64,000 nt of DNA from Lama glama. Its lineage: Eukaryota. Both the position numbers and the translations under genes were made by a program. Shown piece after piece: positions 12,259 to 24,000 of the stretch. The stretch covers positions 16,866,001 through 16,930,000 of the forward strand of contig CM052816.1 of the NCBI GenBank assembly GCA_028534125.1. Direction: 5' to 3'. The notes beneath the pieces are model-generated. The model saw nothing but the letters and a program-made list of their open reading frames with translations. It ran no database searches and was not told where the DNA came from. Within the stretch, counting starts at the first letter, position 1, and the number at the start of each line of letters is the position of its first letter.

Positions 12259-15200
12259 GAAGCATTGCCATGTCCTTGGCAGATAACCCTCCATCTTCGC
12301 TTCTATATCTCATCTTACCAACAGGCATAAGCTCACACTCCTCTCTTAGAATCTTGGGTTCTCAGAAATTCCAGTCTCTTTTCAGCATCTTGGCTTCTCT
12401 CAGGAGGAAGCCTGTTCACATCTCTAGATGTGAGTAGGAGAAAGTCTACTTACATGGGAAACTTGGACTAGGAAAATCCTACCCTCAGATACTGAACTGG
12501 TCAAGGCCTTTTCTGACATACTGTGGTAGGTGTGGGGGTGGAGGAGAGACAGACAATAATAACTTACATTTATTATGAGCTTAATGGCTTAAAGAGCATT
12601 ATCTTGTTTACTTTTCAGAAGTATCCTGTTTATTTTCCTTGTTTTACAAGGGGATTTAGCAAAGCTAAGCAACTTGACCAAGGCTACAGGGCTAGCAACT
12701 GGGTGATCCAGGAATCAAAACTCAATCTCTCTAACTCCCAGGCACAGTCTTTGATCCTCATTGTGTTTGTCCAGTGATGAGGTGAGACCCCATGTCTTAA
12801 ATTACAACTGAGGCCATAATGAAGAGTGTGGGATCAGAAGGAGGTCTTTTAGCCTACAAACATGATTTAACTGAAAGAGAAGATATTTGGGTTGAACTTT
12901 GAATCAGTAGGGTTTATTAGGCATAAATGGGGAAAGGGCACCTCAAAATCAGAGTGAGTAAATGCAGAGCTTGAAAGGACAGGGAGTGCTAGGAGGATGG
13001 CAAGTAGTTGCTGTGATTGGAGTTCTTTGATAGGAGGTGCTCCCAGGTCTTCCTGTCATTTAACTCCCTATCCCACTGTCCTGGGGGAGAGGTCTCCTCT
13101 GAGGACAGATCCAACTGCAGAGCTGTGGTTGTAAAGCCTGTGTAGCAGGCAAGAGTCCTGGGGAACTGGCGTGCAGAACTCTGGCTTGGCATGCTTGACT
13201 TCCTTGGCCATGAGGGAGCCCCTTGACCTCCCAGTGACATCCCAGGACACAGAGGTCAGTGTGTGGGGGTAAAAGGATAAAGTGAGCCTGTGTCTGGTCT
13301 TCTGGTCTGGGAATGGTGACAATCAGGAAAGGAGAGCCCATCTCCCACAGAGGAATACCAGCAGATAGCCCCTTCACCCCCGCTCCCAGTTGCTATAGTC
13401 AGCTGAAGTGTCAGGGCATTTGTTCTAAGAATCTGGTCCTCCCAGACTTTGGTTAACTTTGGGGTTCCCATGGAGGTTTCTTCCTGCTACACCTACTGTG
13501 GGCTGGGTAAGGCAGGTGGTAGGTTGGCATACAGATGAAGACAAGTTTTGTGGTGGAGATACAAATAATACAGACATTATTATTCAGGGAATTGATACAT
13601 GTTGAACACCGCACTAAGAGCCTCACAGATGTATCCTTTTAAAAGCTGAGCTGCCATAAAGAAAAAAGGAAGAAAACACAGCTGAGCTGCTTCACAGGCT
13701 TGTCTCTACATAGTATCATCTGGCATCCACAATATTTGAAAAAATTTAAGATCATTATTGTACAGTCTTGAAAAAAAATATAAAGCAAACTTGAAACCCT
13801 CTTTCCCCATCTGTCTCTCTGTATTACACACACGAAGTAGCCTTCTCCAGAGCCTCTTTTCACTCCACGATCCTTAGAGGAGAGATTTACACCATGGATA
13901 TCTATCTATTTATAGATACATATATAAAACTATATATAGTTAATATTTTTTCTTTGTCTCACTTGTGTCTCCCAATTTAAATTTTCTCACGGCCCTCCAA
14001 GGGCAAGCACTATTATCCCCATTTTATAGATGGAGAAACAAATGTCCAGAAATTAATTCTTGCCCACGATCACATCACTGGCAAGTGTTTTTGAAGCAGG
14101 CTCTGTGCTTGCTGTGAAAGTGCATGTGATTCAGGGCCTGTGAGACTCCTGAGGAAGAGGCAGTCAATTCATTTTGGGGGGCTTCATGGAGGAGGCAACA
14201 TCTGAGTAGAATCTCAAAGGATAAAGAGAAGCTCAACAGATAGGAATGGCCAATAGAAGTGTTCCTTAGGAAGGGAGGAAAGCCTGAAAGATGAGTGTAC
14301 CAGATCGTAGGGTGTCAGAAGAAAAGCAATCTCATTTCTTCCCATCTCATGCCTCCTTCTCAGTGGTGGTGGCCCTGGCATTTAGGAGACTTGCCTCATT
14401 TCCCAACTTTGCCCCAGGCAGATTCTGCCTGTGCCCTTTAACAGCCTCCATCACAAAGCCTCCTTGTGTCTTCTGAAAGAGGCCATCTGATTCAGGCTGG
14501 TTCCCTTCCCGCCACTCCCTTCCCCCACATAGGGGACAAGAGGGAGATGTGGTGAAGGAGCCCAGAAATGAACCCCCTCCTAGGCCAAATCACGTAAACT
14601 TAATTCTTCAGGAATTATATGTCAAGACTGTTTAGTTGTTCAATGGAAGCATATTGTAGTGAAAAGAGCACAAGGGAAAGTGTATACAGCCTGATCTGGG
14701 TTTGCATCTTAGCAAAGCTACTTATCAGCTAGTTGAATTCAAGCAAATTGCTTAGTCTTGCCAAGCTTCCGTCTCCTGATCTAAAAATTGATGGACCCTA
14801 TTGTCAAAAAGTAGTGCCTGGTAGGTTTGTCAGAGAGGAAGAAGAAATGGCTAGCTGGGGATTTACTGATCTATTATCGACTTCAGTGTTGGGTGTCAAA
14901 TCCAGGTTTCTCCTGCAGGAAGTGGACAGTATGAGACCTCAGGAAGCTGAGGTGGGAAGGTGACTCCCAGCAAGTAGAAGGAAAGAGAGGTGGTAGACGA
15001 AGCACGGGCAGAGAAGTTTCCAGTCCTGAAGTCTTGCTGCCGAGTTGGAACAATTCCATGAACCTCTCCCAGCCTCAGTTTCCTCACTTTCAAATGCTAG
15101 TTCAACTTAATGGATATTGACCAGACAACTTGCATTGCTATTTCATCTGTTTAATTTTTAAATGTATTTTTTCCTATTCTACCTCAGCCCAGAAGAGATT

Positions 15201-15859
15201 TCAAGTGGCTTATAAAAATACAAAATACAATAAAATGAAAATAAAGCACAAAAACCAGGGTGGAGAGAGTACAGTGAGTGACAGCCAGATGATTTAAATA
15301 ATCTGCAATGCATATGAAAACGTCCTGCCCAGATTAATACCGTTGCCATAAAACTCCTAGTATATCATTCTTGCAGGTAGTACGGATTGGAAAATGTATC
15401 TTAAACAGAATGAAAGGTAATATTTCCATTTCACAAATAAAACTGAGATTAAGTCCTTCCTGCCCTGGTTCCAACATGTAATGTGCATGTGCATGTGCAT
15501 GTGTGAGGGAGAGGGAGGAGAAATCCTTTGAAAATTAGACAAAGTACAAAGTTTGGGTCCCCTGTGTTTGGCAAGAGACCACAGGCAGCTGCCTCTGCTT
15601 TTTCTGCTGCCCAAAGAATTACAAAAGCTGACCACTTGATTGAAATGGTTAACCCAGAGAGAGGAGGCAAAAGAGAGTAAACCCAAATGAGTATTTCAAT
15701 AAGTTATCCTGCCACTAAAACGTATTGAGTGCTTTTTAAGTGTCAGCTAATCTGCTAAGCACTTCGTGTTAAGTATATTTCATATTTAGTATAGTCTAAA
15801 TTACACATTGGAGGCTAGGTAGCCTAGGAGTTAAGGGCATAAGCTTTGAATAGGAGGGG

Positions 15860-16620
15860 TAGGAGGCGCGCCTCCCTCAGTAGCTTGCTGCTTACCCTTG
15901 GTTATTGCATTGGTTCTCCCCCTGTGAGCCCTCCTGGTAGTGACTCAGTAAGCTAAAGCATGTTAAGTGCTTGTTAGCACATAGTAAACAATAACAAAAT
16001 AAACAACGCCAAACGTTTGACTGACAAGGATGGTAGGGGCGTCCAAATCCGGAAACACTATCCCCTCACTTCCTACCCCCAAAGCAGGACCCTGAGCTTA
16101 GTTAAGGTGGTAACCGGCGCGGGTTCTGCCCCGGCGCGGCGCGGGCTGGGCGGCGGGGAAGCCTCAGGCGGCGTGCGGAGGAGGCGCGCCTCCTAATGTA
16201 GTTGTCAGTTAATTAGGGGAGAAGGTTATGTCATTAACGGCGGGATCGATGCAAAGGGAATTAAGAGACTCTGGTAGCACCGCTGCCGCGCTCTCTGCGC
16301 GGGCCACAGGCCGAATTCAACAAAAATTCAATACGCATTAGCGCACCATCAGCCGCTGCCCGGGGTGCGGGGCCGCCGAGCGCGCGAGCTGATGCGCCTG
16401 GGTCGGGCGGCCGGGGCCGGACGCGGTACCTTGCTGGGAAGAGCCGGTGCCTGGGCCGCCGGGAGCCCCGGAGACGAGCGGTATGCTAGGAGTGGGATGC
16501 GGGATGTCCTCACAGGACAGCTTCGTGGCCTGACTGTGGGGGCACGGTGGCTGGGTCAAGGTTTTAACGTTTCAAAGAGCTTCTCGTCCTGTTTCCGAGC
16601 GCGCTCTGCCCCTGCTACTC
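15860..16620. promoter_or_regulatory. Orphan intergenic CpG island, likely an enhancer or unannotated promoter
   Basis: CpG is dense over ~16110-16610 within a CpG-depleted, repeat-rich background. There is no recognisable coding exon, and an AT-rich core carries homeodomain-type motifs. Confidence 0.7.
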
Positions 16621-17239
16621 ACCAGGCCCCCTCACACTGACTAGTCACGAGGAAGACAAGCTGACCTCCTCAGATTAGGCCAGGCCTCGGTGTAACCCAT
16701 CCTCCCAGTACTTACTTCTTCATGGCCTTTATCACAGTGTCATTACATGGTGATCTGTATGGTTTTCTGGTCAATGTCTTTTTCCCAACCAGACTGTCAA
16801 CTCCAGGAGGGCAGGGACTCTGTGGGTCTGTCTTGTTTATCTGCACCTACAGAGCCTGGCACATGGTGGATGCTCAGTAGATATTTGCAGAAAGAATGAA
16901 TCCCCTCAGCAACCCAGTGTGTTGGTAGAGTGAGGAAATTGAGGCTCAAAGATATGAAGTGACAGGCCCAAAATTTTACCAGTTTCCCAGCCCCCAAGCT
17001 CTTTTCCTTGAGCAAATCACCTCATCTGTCTGAATCTTGTTTCCCCATCTAGGAAAAATTAGTTATAGCTATCTCCATACTATGTACTGGGGACTGCGCT
17101 AACACTTCATCTAGATTTGCTCCTTTAATTCTCACAATAGCAGTGTGAGGTAGAAATCATTTTATAATGGTGAAATTTGATACTAGCAAGAGCTGGGCCC
17201 ATCACTTGCCTTTTTGCCCTCAAATCCATTGCTCCCCTT

Positions 17240-17605
17240 CTAATACTTTGTGTCACAGGTGGTTCCCCACCCTGCCACCCCCAAACCCACCTCCCAGCAA
17301 GCTGCATTTCGCAGCCTTCCTTGTCAGCTGAATTTTGCCAGGGCTTGGCCAGTGGGAACCACTGGCTGGAGATTAGAGGGCTGAGGACAGGAGAAACAGG
17401 GATACCCTCAGCCTTGGCAACTTCTGAGCTCCATCTTCCTTCCTTTGGCCTCCAGACCAGGGATGGTAGTGGTTTCCTGCTCTTGCTAATCCCTGGGTTA
17501 CCTCACTTCCCCATTTGGCTTTTCAGTTCTTCTATTACCTGAGTGGCCATAGTATTAAATTCCCTCTGTTTGAAATACTAAAAGTGAATTCATTTTCCTG
17601 ACTAC
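17240..17605 (+). mobile_element. Ancient ERVL LTR (LTR33-like)
   Basis: Motifs 'ggccagtgggaaccactggctggagattagaggg' and 'attaaattccctctgtttgaaatac...ttttcctgact' resemble LTR33. Confidence 0.5.
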
Positions 17606-20589
17606 TACAAGAGCCGTGATTGGAATCCAGATCTGTCTGACCACAAAAGTGCACTTAAGTTTTTTACAGAAGATGACAGTGGGGCAAAGCAGTAAGAGCG
17701 ATAACCATTTAACCACCCCGCCCAGAGAGCTCTTCCCCAGATCCCTTTTGTGAGAGAAATTATTTTTAAAGATAATGATCCACTATATAAAACCTATTCA
17801 TAATTTATTATTATGTTTAAGAAATTCTACTTTCCATAGCTAAGATATCATTTATACCTGTAAGTGAAGGTATTAATAACATCTACTTACTAGAGTTGTT
17901 CTGAAGATTAAGTGAACTAGTGTATGCCAAACACCTGGAATGTGGTAGATGTTCACTGATGGCTTTAAAACCTGGATTTTTTAGTACTTCCAGTTTTCTC
18001 GTCTTGGTAGTCCTGGAGTGTGGAGGAGAGCAGCTCTGTCTTTCATTCCCTAGTATTCTTATCACATTGGAGATTCACCTTGCCCATTGGGCCAGGGAGT
18101 GAAAAATAATGATCAGATAGCTGGCCTGGCAGCTACAATACACAGAAGATGTGTGCAATGAATGTTAGATTTGAGTGAATGCTCCTAAATCAATTGGACC
18201 GCCCTAGAGACTTGGCTGGCAATGAATGAGAGTGTGAGGTGCTTTTGACACACGCATCCAGCATCTGATTTGAGCGAAGATGTCTGCTCAGTGGTCCCAA
18301 GGGCAATTTTCTCCTGATTGATTTGCAACTTTCGATCTTAATGGAAAAGAAGCCAAGTGTAAAGGAGGTAGTTTTCTCCGTGAACCAGAAAACCTTGTTG
18401 TGCTTTTCTTTCTAATCTTGTGGGAATGGAGGGAAGTACCGTTTCCTATTACCTGCAAAGGGGCTACAGAGGCCAAAGTTTGCCAGGGAAAGGTGTTTAA
18501 AGGTGGGAATGGGAGTTGAGGAGACAACCTTCTTAACCCACACAATTTCCAATGACTCATGTGAACCAGGAGACCAGAAACTGCCATTGATGACGGTCCA
18601 ATTGCAGATAGCAGATCAAGTCTTCAGCTGTCATAGCCTAGAGCCTGGGGCTGGGAATACCACCTGTGCCCTTGGACAAGGCTCTTCATTTGAGCCTGCC
18701 CTGACTACTGCACAGGTTGCTGGGGGCTCATATGGGTCACTAATGTAAATTCAATTTAAAGGAGTTTTTAGACCTTACAGATATGTTTGAGGTTGTGGTT
18801 TTAAGCTAGATCAGCAGCTGAAAAACTGCTTTTTACCACAGCAGCATAAGCCTCCTACTCATAGAAGTTAAGAGCACAGGATTTGGAGTCACATAGACCC
18901 AATCCTAGCTCACTGTGGTGTGACTAGTTCTCACTTATCCTTTCTGAGCCCCAGGTTCCTCATCAGTAAGACAGGAATGGTAATGCCTATCTGGAAGGCT
19001 TGCGAAGATTAAATTAGATACTAAGGTGAGGGCTTAAGAAATGGTAACCATGTTAGAATTGTTCACAAATTTATCTGCCAGTTGATATTTTGGAACAAAA
19101 TAGGGGATCTGGTCAACTAGGTCATTATAGTCTTTAGAACTCTAGTGTACATGTTGTGATTTGTCATTCTATGGTCCACTTCCCCAGGAACTGTTCCCAC
19201 TCATAGTTCCTGCCAAATAGCTAGATGTGGGCAGCCATGTTTGTGCCATATGACCCTATCCCCTTGGCCAGTGTTGATTGGACCAGGAGTGGACACTTAA
19301 CCTAAGCTGGACAAATCAGATTCCTTTCCTGGGAACTGAACCAGTCGATTGTAGGGAGTCATGTAGATCCAGAACTAGTACAGTTGATGGATGAGCTGAG
19401 GAAACTGCTATGGAGAGGCACAGAGAGATATACAAAGAAGAGACCATATAGATTTAGTCTGTGTGAAAATGATGGGAATGGCCTTGTTCCTGATGATTTT
19501 TTAGATCCCTAAAGGCTAGCTAATTTCCTGTCCTTGGAGTCTATGCAGTCTGCACACCCAACCACTAGTGCCCACCTTTTCTTGCACTAGCATGAGTGCA
19601 TCTCTTTTCCTTGCAACACAAAGAGACTACTCTAGGATGAGGACAATGATGTTCCTTCATGGGGTAAAAACGCTTCTTTTAAAAACTCAAGTGGTCTTCT
19701 TAGAAATGAGCTTATATACTCAAAACACCCATACCTCAGTAAACTAGAAAGCCCAAATCTAGCCAAACCAGTTATTAAGCCACAAACTAGATGTGAAACC
19801 TCTTTCCCCCTTATTTTCTTGAATATTTTGTCATTATACCAAAAGTCTCAAAATGTTTGATTTGCAACAGCACCTGGAAGTTCTCAAAAAGAGAACTTTT
19901 ACATTACCTGATCATGTTGTCTCTAAAAGGATGTTAAGGATATAAGGATGGATGGGGTTAGAGGACTTACACTGAGCTAATTGAAGAAACGGGGAAAGGA
20001 GGGAAAGGTGTCTGAGAGTGTATAATTGTAAATGTATGTTATCCCCACCAGGAAAGTAGGGATAGTAATGAACCTACTTCATATCATTGATCCAAGTACA
20101 AAATGAAGTAGTGCATGCAAAATTCTTTGCCTGCTGCCTGGCATATAGATTAAAATCCATAAATGTTTTATTAGCTACTAGGATCATGAAAATGTGAGAT
20201 GCTAGAGCCAGATTTTAAAGGAAAATGCTCTAGAATTAAATTAAAATTAAGTTCTCTGAATATCTACTCAGTAGTTTTGTGAGGATAGGGGCTGGGTCTT
20301 GGTTGCTGTGGTTTTCTTAGAGCTTAGTGCCTACTTGATAGATAATTTTTTTTGAATAATCACTGAGCACTCAGTATGACCATTACAAGACTGAAAAGTA
20401 GTTTGAAAGGTTTAGAAAGTAAAATGGTGATTTTTGAAGAGGACTATAATTCAGCGGTAGAAGTATTTATTGAAAAGCAGGTAGATGAAAAGGATGGAGA
20501 GGAGGTGTTCACAGGCTTAGAAAGTCAACATGAACACTCATAAATTCTCAAATTCTCAAAAGTTTGAGGTCATGAACTTAGTGAAGAAG

Positions 20590-21070
20590 TGCTAACATGA
20601 GTTGAATTGCATCTTCCCGCCCACCATTCATATGTTGAAGTCCTAACCCACCTTATAAATAATGTGATGTTATTTGGAAATAGGGCCATTGCAGATATAC
20701 TTAAGATAAAGACAATCTGGAATAGGGTGAGATTCTAATCCAACACCTCTGGTGTCCTTATAAAAAGAAGAAAATTGGACATAGACAAGCATTCAGGGAG
20801 AATGTTGTGTGAAGATGAAGGCCAAGATCAAGGTGGTGATCCTACAAGCCAAGGACGCCAAAGATCGCCAGCAGACCCTCAGTTAGGGGAGAGTCCTGGA
20901 ACAGATTCTCTCTCACAGCCCTCAGGAGGAACCAGCCTTGCTTAAACCTTGATTTTGGACATACAGCCTCCAGAACTGTGGCACAATGAATTTCTGTTGG
21001 TTAAGTTACGCAGTTTGTGGTACTCTGTTACTACATTAGTTTGCTAGGCAGCACTAGCAAACTAATATAT
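20590..21070 (+). mobile_element. MaLR solo LTR (MLT1B/C-like)
   Basis: It carries the characteristic motifs 'attcatatgttgaagtcctaaccc', 'ttatttggaaatagggc', 'cagcctccagaactgtg' and 'gcagcactagcaaactaat'. Confidence 0.8.
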
Positions 21071-24000
21071 GAAGCAAACAAATCCAAAAATGCTGCCCCT
21101 CTGGCTGTCCCAGTGGTAATTCATGCCCAAGTCCAGATATTTAGATCTATATGTGCTTGCCTTAAACCATTTCTATTATATCAGCTCCTGCCAAGTATGC
21201 ATCCAAGCAGCATGCAGAATGATGTGGAAAGCCCTTGACTTACTAGTCCCAGGGAGCACAGTAGTTTTAAGTTCAATTAAGTACAACCATGCAATTAAAA
21301 AAAAATCCTGCTTAGGTATGAAGAGCTTTTAAGAAAAAAAGATTGGAATTATTTAGCTATTTCACCCTAAAGTTATTTTAATAAGTAATAATAATTGCTA
21401 TACATTGATTGACTATTATGGGTTAGGAAGTTTACTAAGCACTTTACATACATCATTTCTTTAATCCTCTCAACAACCTTTGGAGGTAAGAACTATTATT
21501 ATTTACATTTTATAGAGGGAGAAACTGAGACTCAGAGAATTAGCTTGTCTATCAATGTATAGCTAGTCAGTAATGGGACTGACATCAGACCCCAGCTGGC
21601 ATGAGTCCAGAGTCTGTGATCTTTGTTCCATCCTCCTCCGTCTCCTGAGAGGTACTGGGCCTCCACACAGAGAAAGCTTATGTGATATTAGATCCCTCCC
21701 CTTGTCTGACTTAGTCTCCTTGTAATTGACATAAAAGCTACTGCTTTTCCTGCCTGCATTTTCAAGCTCAAAATGAAAGAAAAGTGACTGGCACATAGTA
21801 AGTACTCAGTAAGTACATAGTAAGTGTTAGCTATTATTACTGTTAATATTGCATTGTATATGTTCCTCTCTGGCAAGGGAGGTGAATCCCTAGTCTATTG
21901 CTAACAGTGGGTACTTAGAAGTGTTCCTTAATGAACAAGAGTGGAGTAGGGGCTTGGAAAGTAAAGTTGATCTAGGGAAAAAAAATGAGAAGTGAGGGTA
22001 GGGAGGTTAGGGCTGGGAGAGAGGGTGAGGGACAGAGAAAGTGGTTGGCAGAAGGCCAGATAGCACTTTGCTTTTGGTGTGGCTGCCCCTGGGAGTTGGG
22101 AGGTGGGGGTTGTGTAGCCCTTCTGCTCCTGATTTGTTAGCTTACCTTGCTTTATTCTTTATTTCCTCCCTTTTGGGGTGATGGGGAGGCTGCAGCTTGT
22201 GGTTACATAGAGCTTCCTGGAATTCTTCCAGGAAGAGGGAAAACACAAGAGGTGCAGACAAACCTAGGTTCCAGGGTGAAGAAGTGTGTGAGCAAGAGTG
22301 ATTGTGTACCATCTACCTGCACTGTGGTTAGGCCAGCGGGCATTGTAATCAGGCAGATTCAGGTGGAAATCCCAGCTTTCCCGTTTTAGCAACTGTATGA
22401 ACTTGGGAAAGTGATTTACCTTCCTGAGTCTGATTTCCTCTTCTATAATAAGAATGATAATGGTACCTACTGTGCAAGCATTTAAATGCCCAGTACAAAG
22501 CCTAATAAATAATAGCTGTTATTATTATCATTATAAGTGTTAGGGTTTAATATCCTTTCTGCCTGACCATATGGATTCCCCTCTTCCTCTCCTTCTGTTC
22601 CTTCAGTCCTGAAAATTTGAGTCAAATACCTCCAACTGCCCCTTGATACCTCTGCTTTCCCCTGGGCCTTCTAGTGGGGCCAGGCCTTCAGGGACTCTTG
22701 GGCAGCCTGAGGACAGTGGAAAGCATCCCTCCATGACTCTGGGATGGTCCTTTTCTCCCCTACAGCCTGGGAAGGGTTGATAAAAGCCTTATCTAAATCA
22801 CATTCCATTACAGGATTAAATCAGACTTACTCTGGGGCCTCTGGCTGCTACCCAGCCTGGATGCCGGCAGCTCCTGGTTATTGCCTTTGGCCCAATCTGA
22901 GGTCATCACACTTCTTTGGGCCCAAGGGACCATGAGATGCAGGGCTGAGGAGAGGCTCTGGCAACCATTTGGGATTAGTTTCAATTAGTAAGGACTGACT
23001 AAGCATGGAGGCACACTCCAGGGACCTTGTGGAGCAGAAAGGGAGGCAGGACCCTCACCCAGTCAGCTCCGATCTGAGGCAAGAAATGATAGGCTCCATT
23101 GGGGCAGTAGACAGGGAGGCAGGAGATTAGCAAAAGAGAGTTAATGGGGGAAAGGAATCATTGTGTGATTGTAGACAAGTTGCTAAATTTCTCTGAGCCT
23201 TAATTTCTTCAATTTGGGGCTTGGAACATTAGCATTTACTACAAAAGGTTGATTTAGATGGAAATATACTAGTTAAAACAACAAGGTTTTAGAGATAAAC
23301 CTGGGTTTGGATCCTGGCCTGGCCACTCACTGGCCTTGTGCCATAGCTGTTACTTTCTAAGGGCCTCAGTTTCCTCATGGGTTAAAAAGAGGAAATAACA
23401 CTTCCCTCCCAAGGTTGTTGTTAACCATTAGAGAAATTTGGGCATAGTAGTTAGCACTTACTAGGGCAAGTGTGTACCCTCACCACTCTAGTGCTGCTCA
23501 ATAAATGGGCACTCATGATTCTTTGGGCAGAGTGGATGGGAGTGAGTTTAGCCTTCCTGTTTACCTTCTCAGTTAGAGAGGAGAGAAGATGTATTTCTCT
23601 TGCCAAGGCCTTGTGTTGGGGGGGCAGGGGGAGGGGTCAGAGGGATAGATGCATGTCTCTTCTCCGCAGCAGAAGGAGCCTGGACTGAGCCAGGTGCCTC
23701 CTTAACACGGGGTCACCACCATGGAGATATGTTTACTGGACTTGAGTGAACTTGGGACCAGCCTCAGCTTGGAGGGCAGAGCAGAGAGGAAGAGAGAAAG
23801 GGGGATTTCATTAGCCTGCAACAGCTGGGTGGGCCTTGGAGTAGACAGGTGCAAGTGGTAAGCTGTCTGGGAGGCTATCCAAAGATAGGGGAGGCCTCAA
23901 TGCTCCGAGTCAGGCTGCCCCAGCAAAGGCTCATTCCTGAGGCTGAGGTGCCAGCTCAAGACTCCCAGCTTGTACTTCAGTCTCTCTCTGCCCAGGTCTT

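Noticed and set aside
16272..16295. Possible REST/NRSE site (TAGCACCGCTGCCGCGC)
   Set aside because: It matches only the AGCACC half; the GGACAG half of the consensus is absent.
16338..16640. ORFs of 91 aa (+) and 73 aa (-) in the orphan CpG island
   Set aside because: They have non-ATG starts, low-complexity Arg/Gly/Ala/Pro composition and no recognisable domain, as expected by chance in GC-rich DNA.
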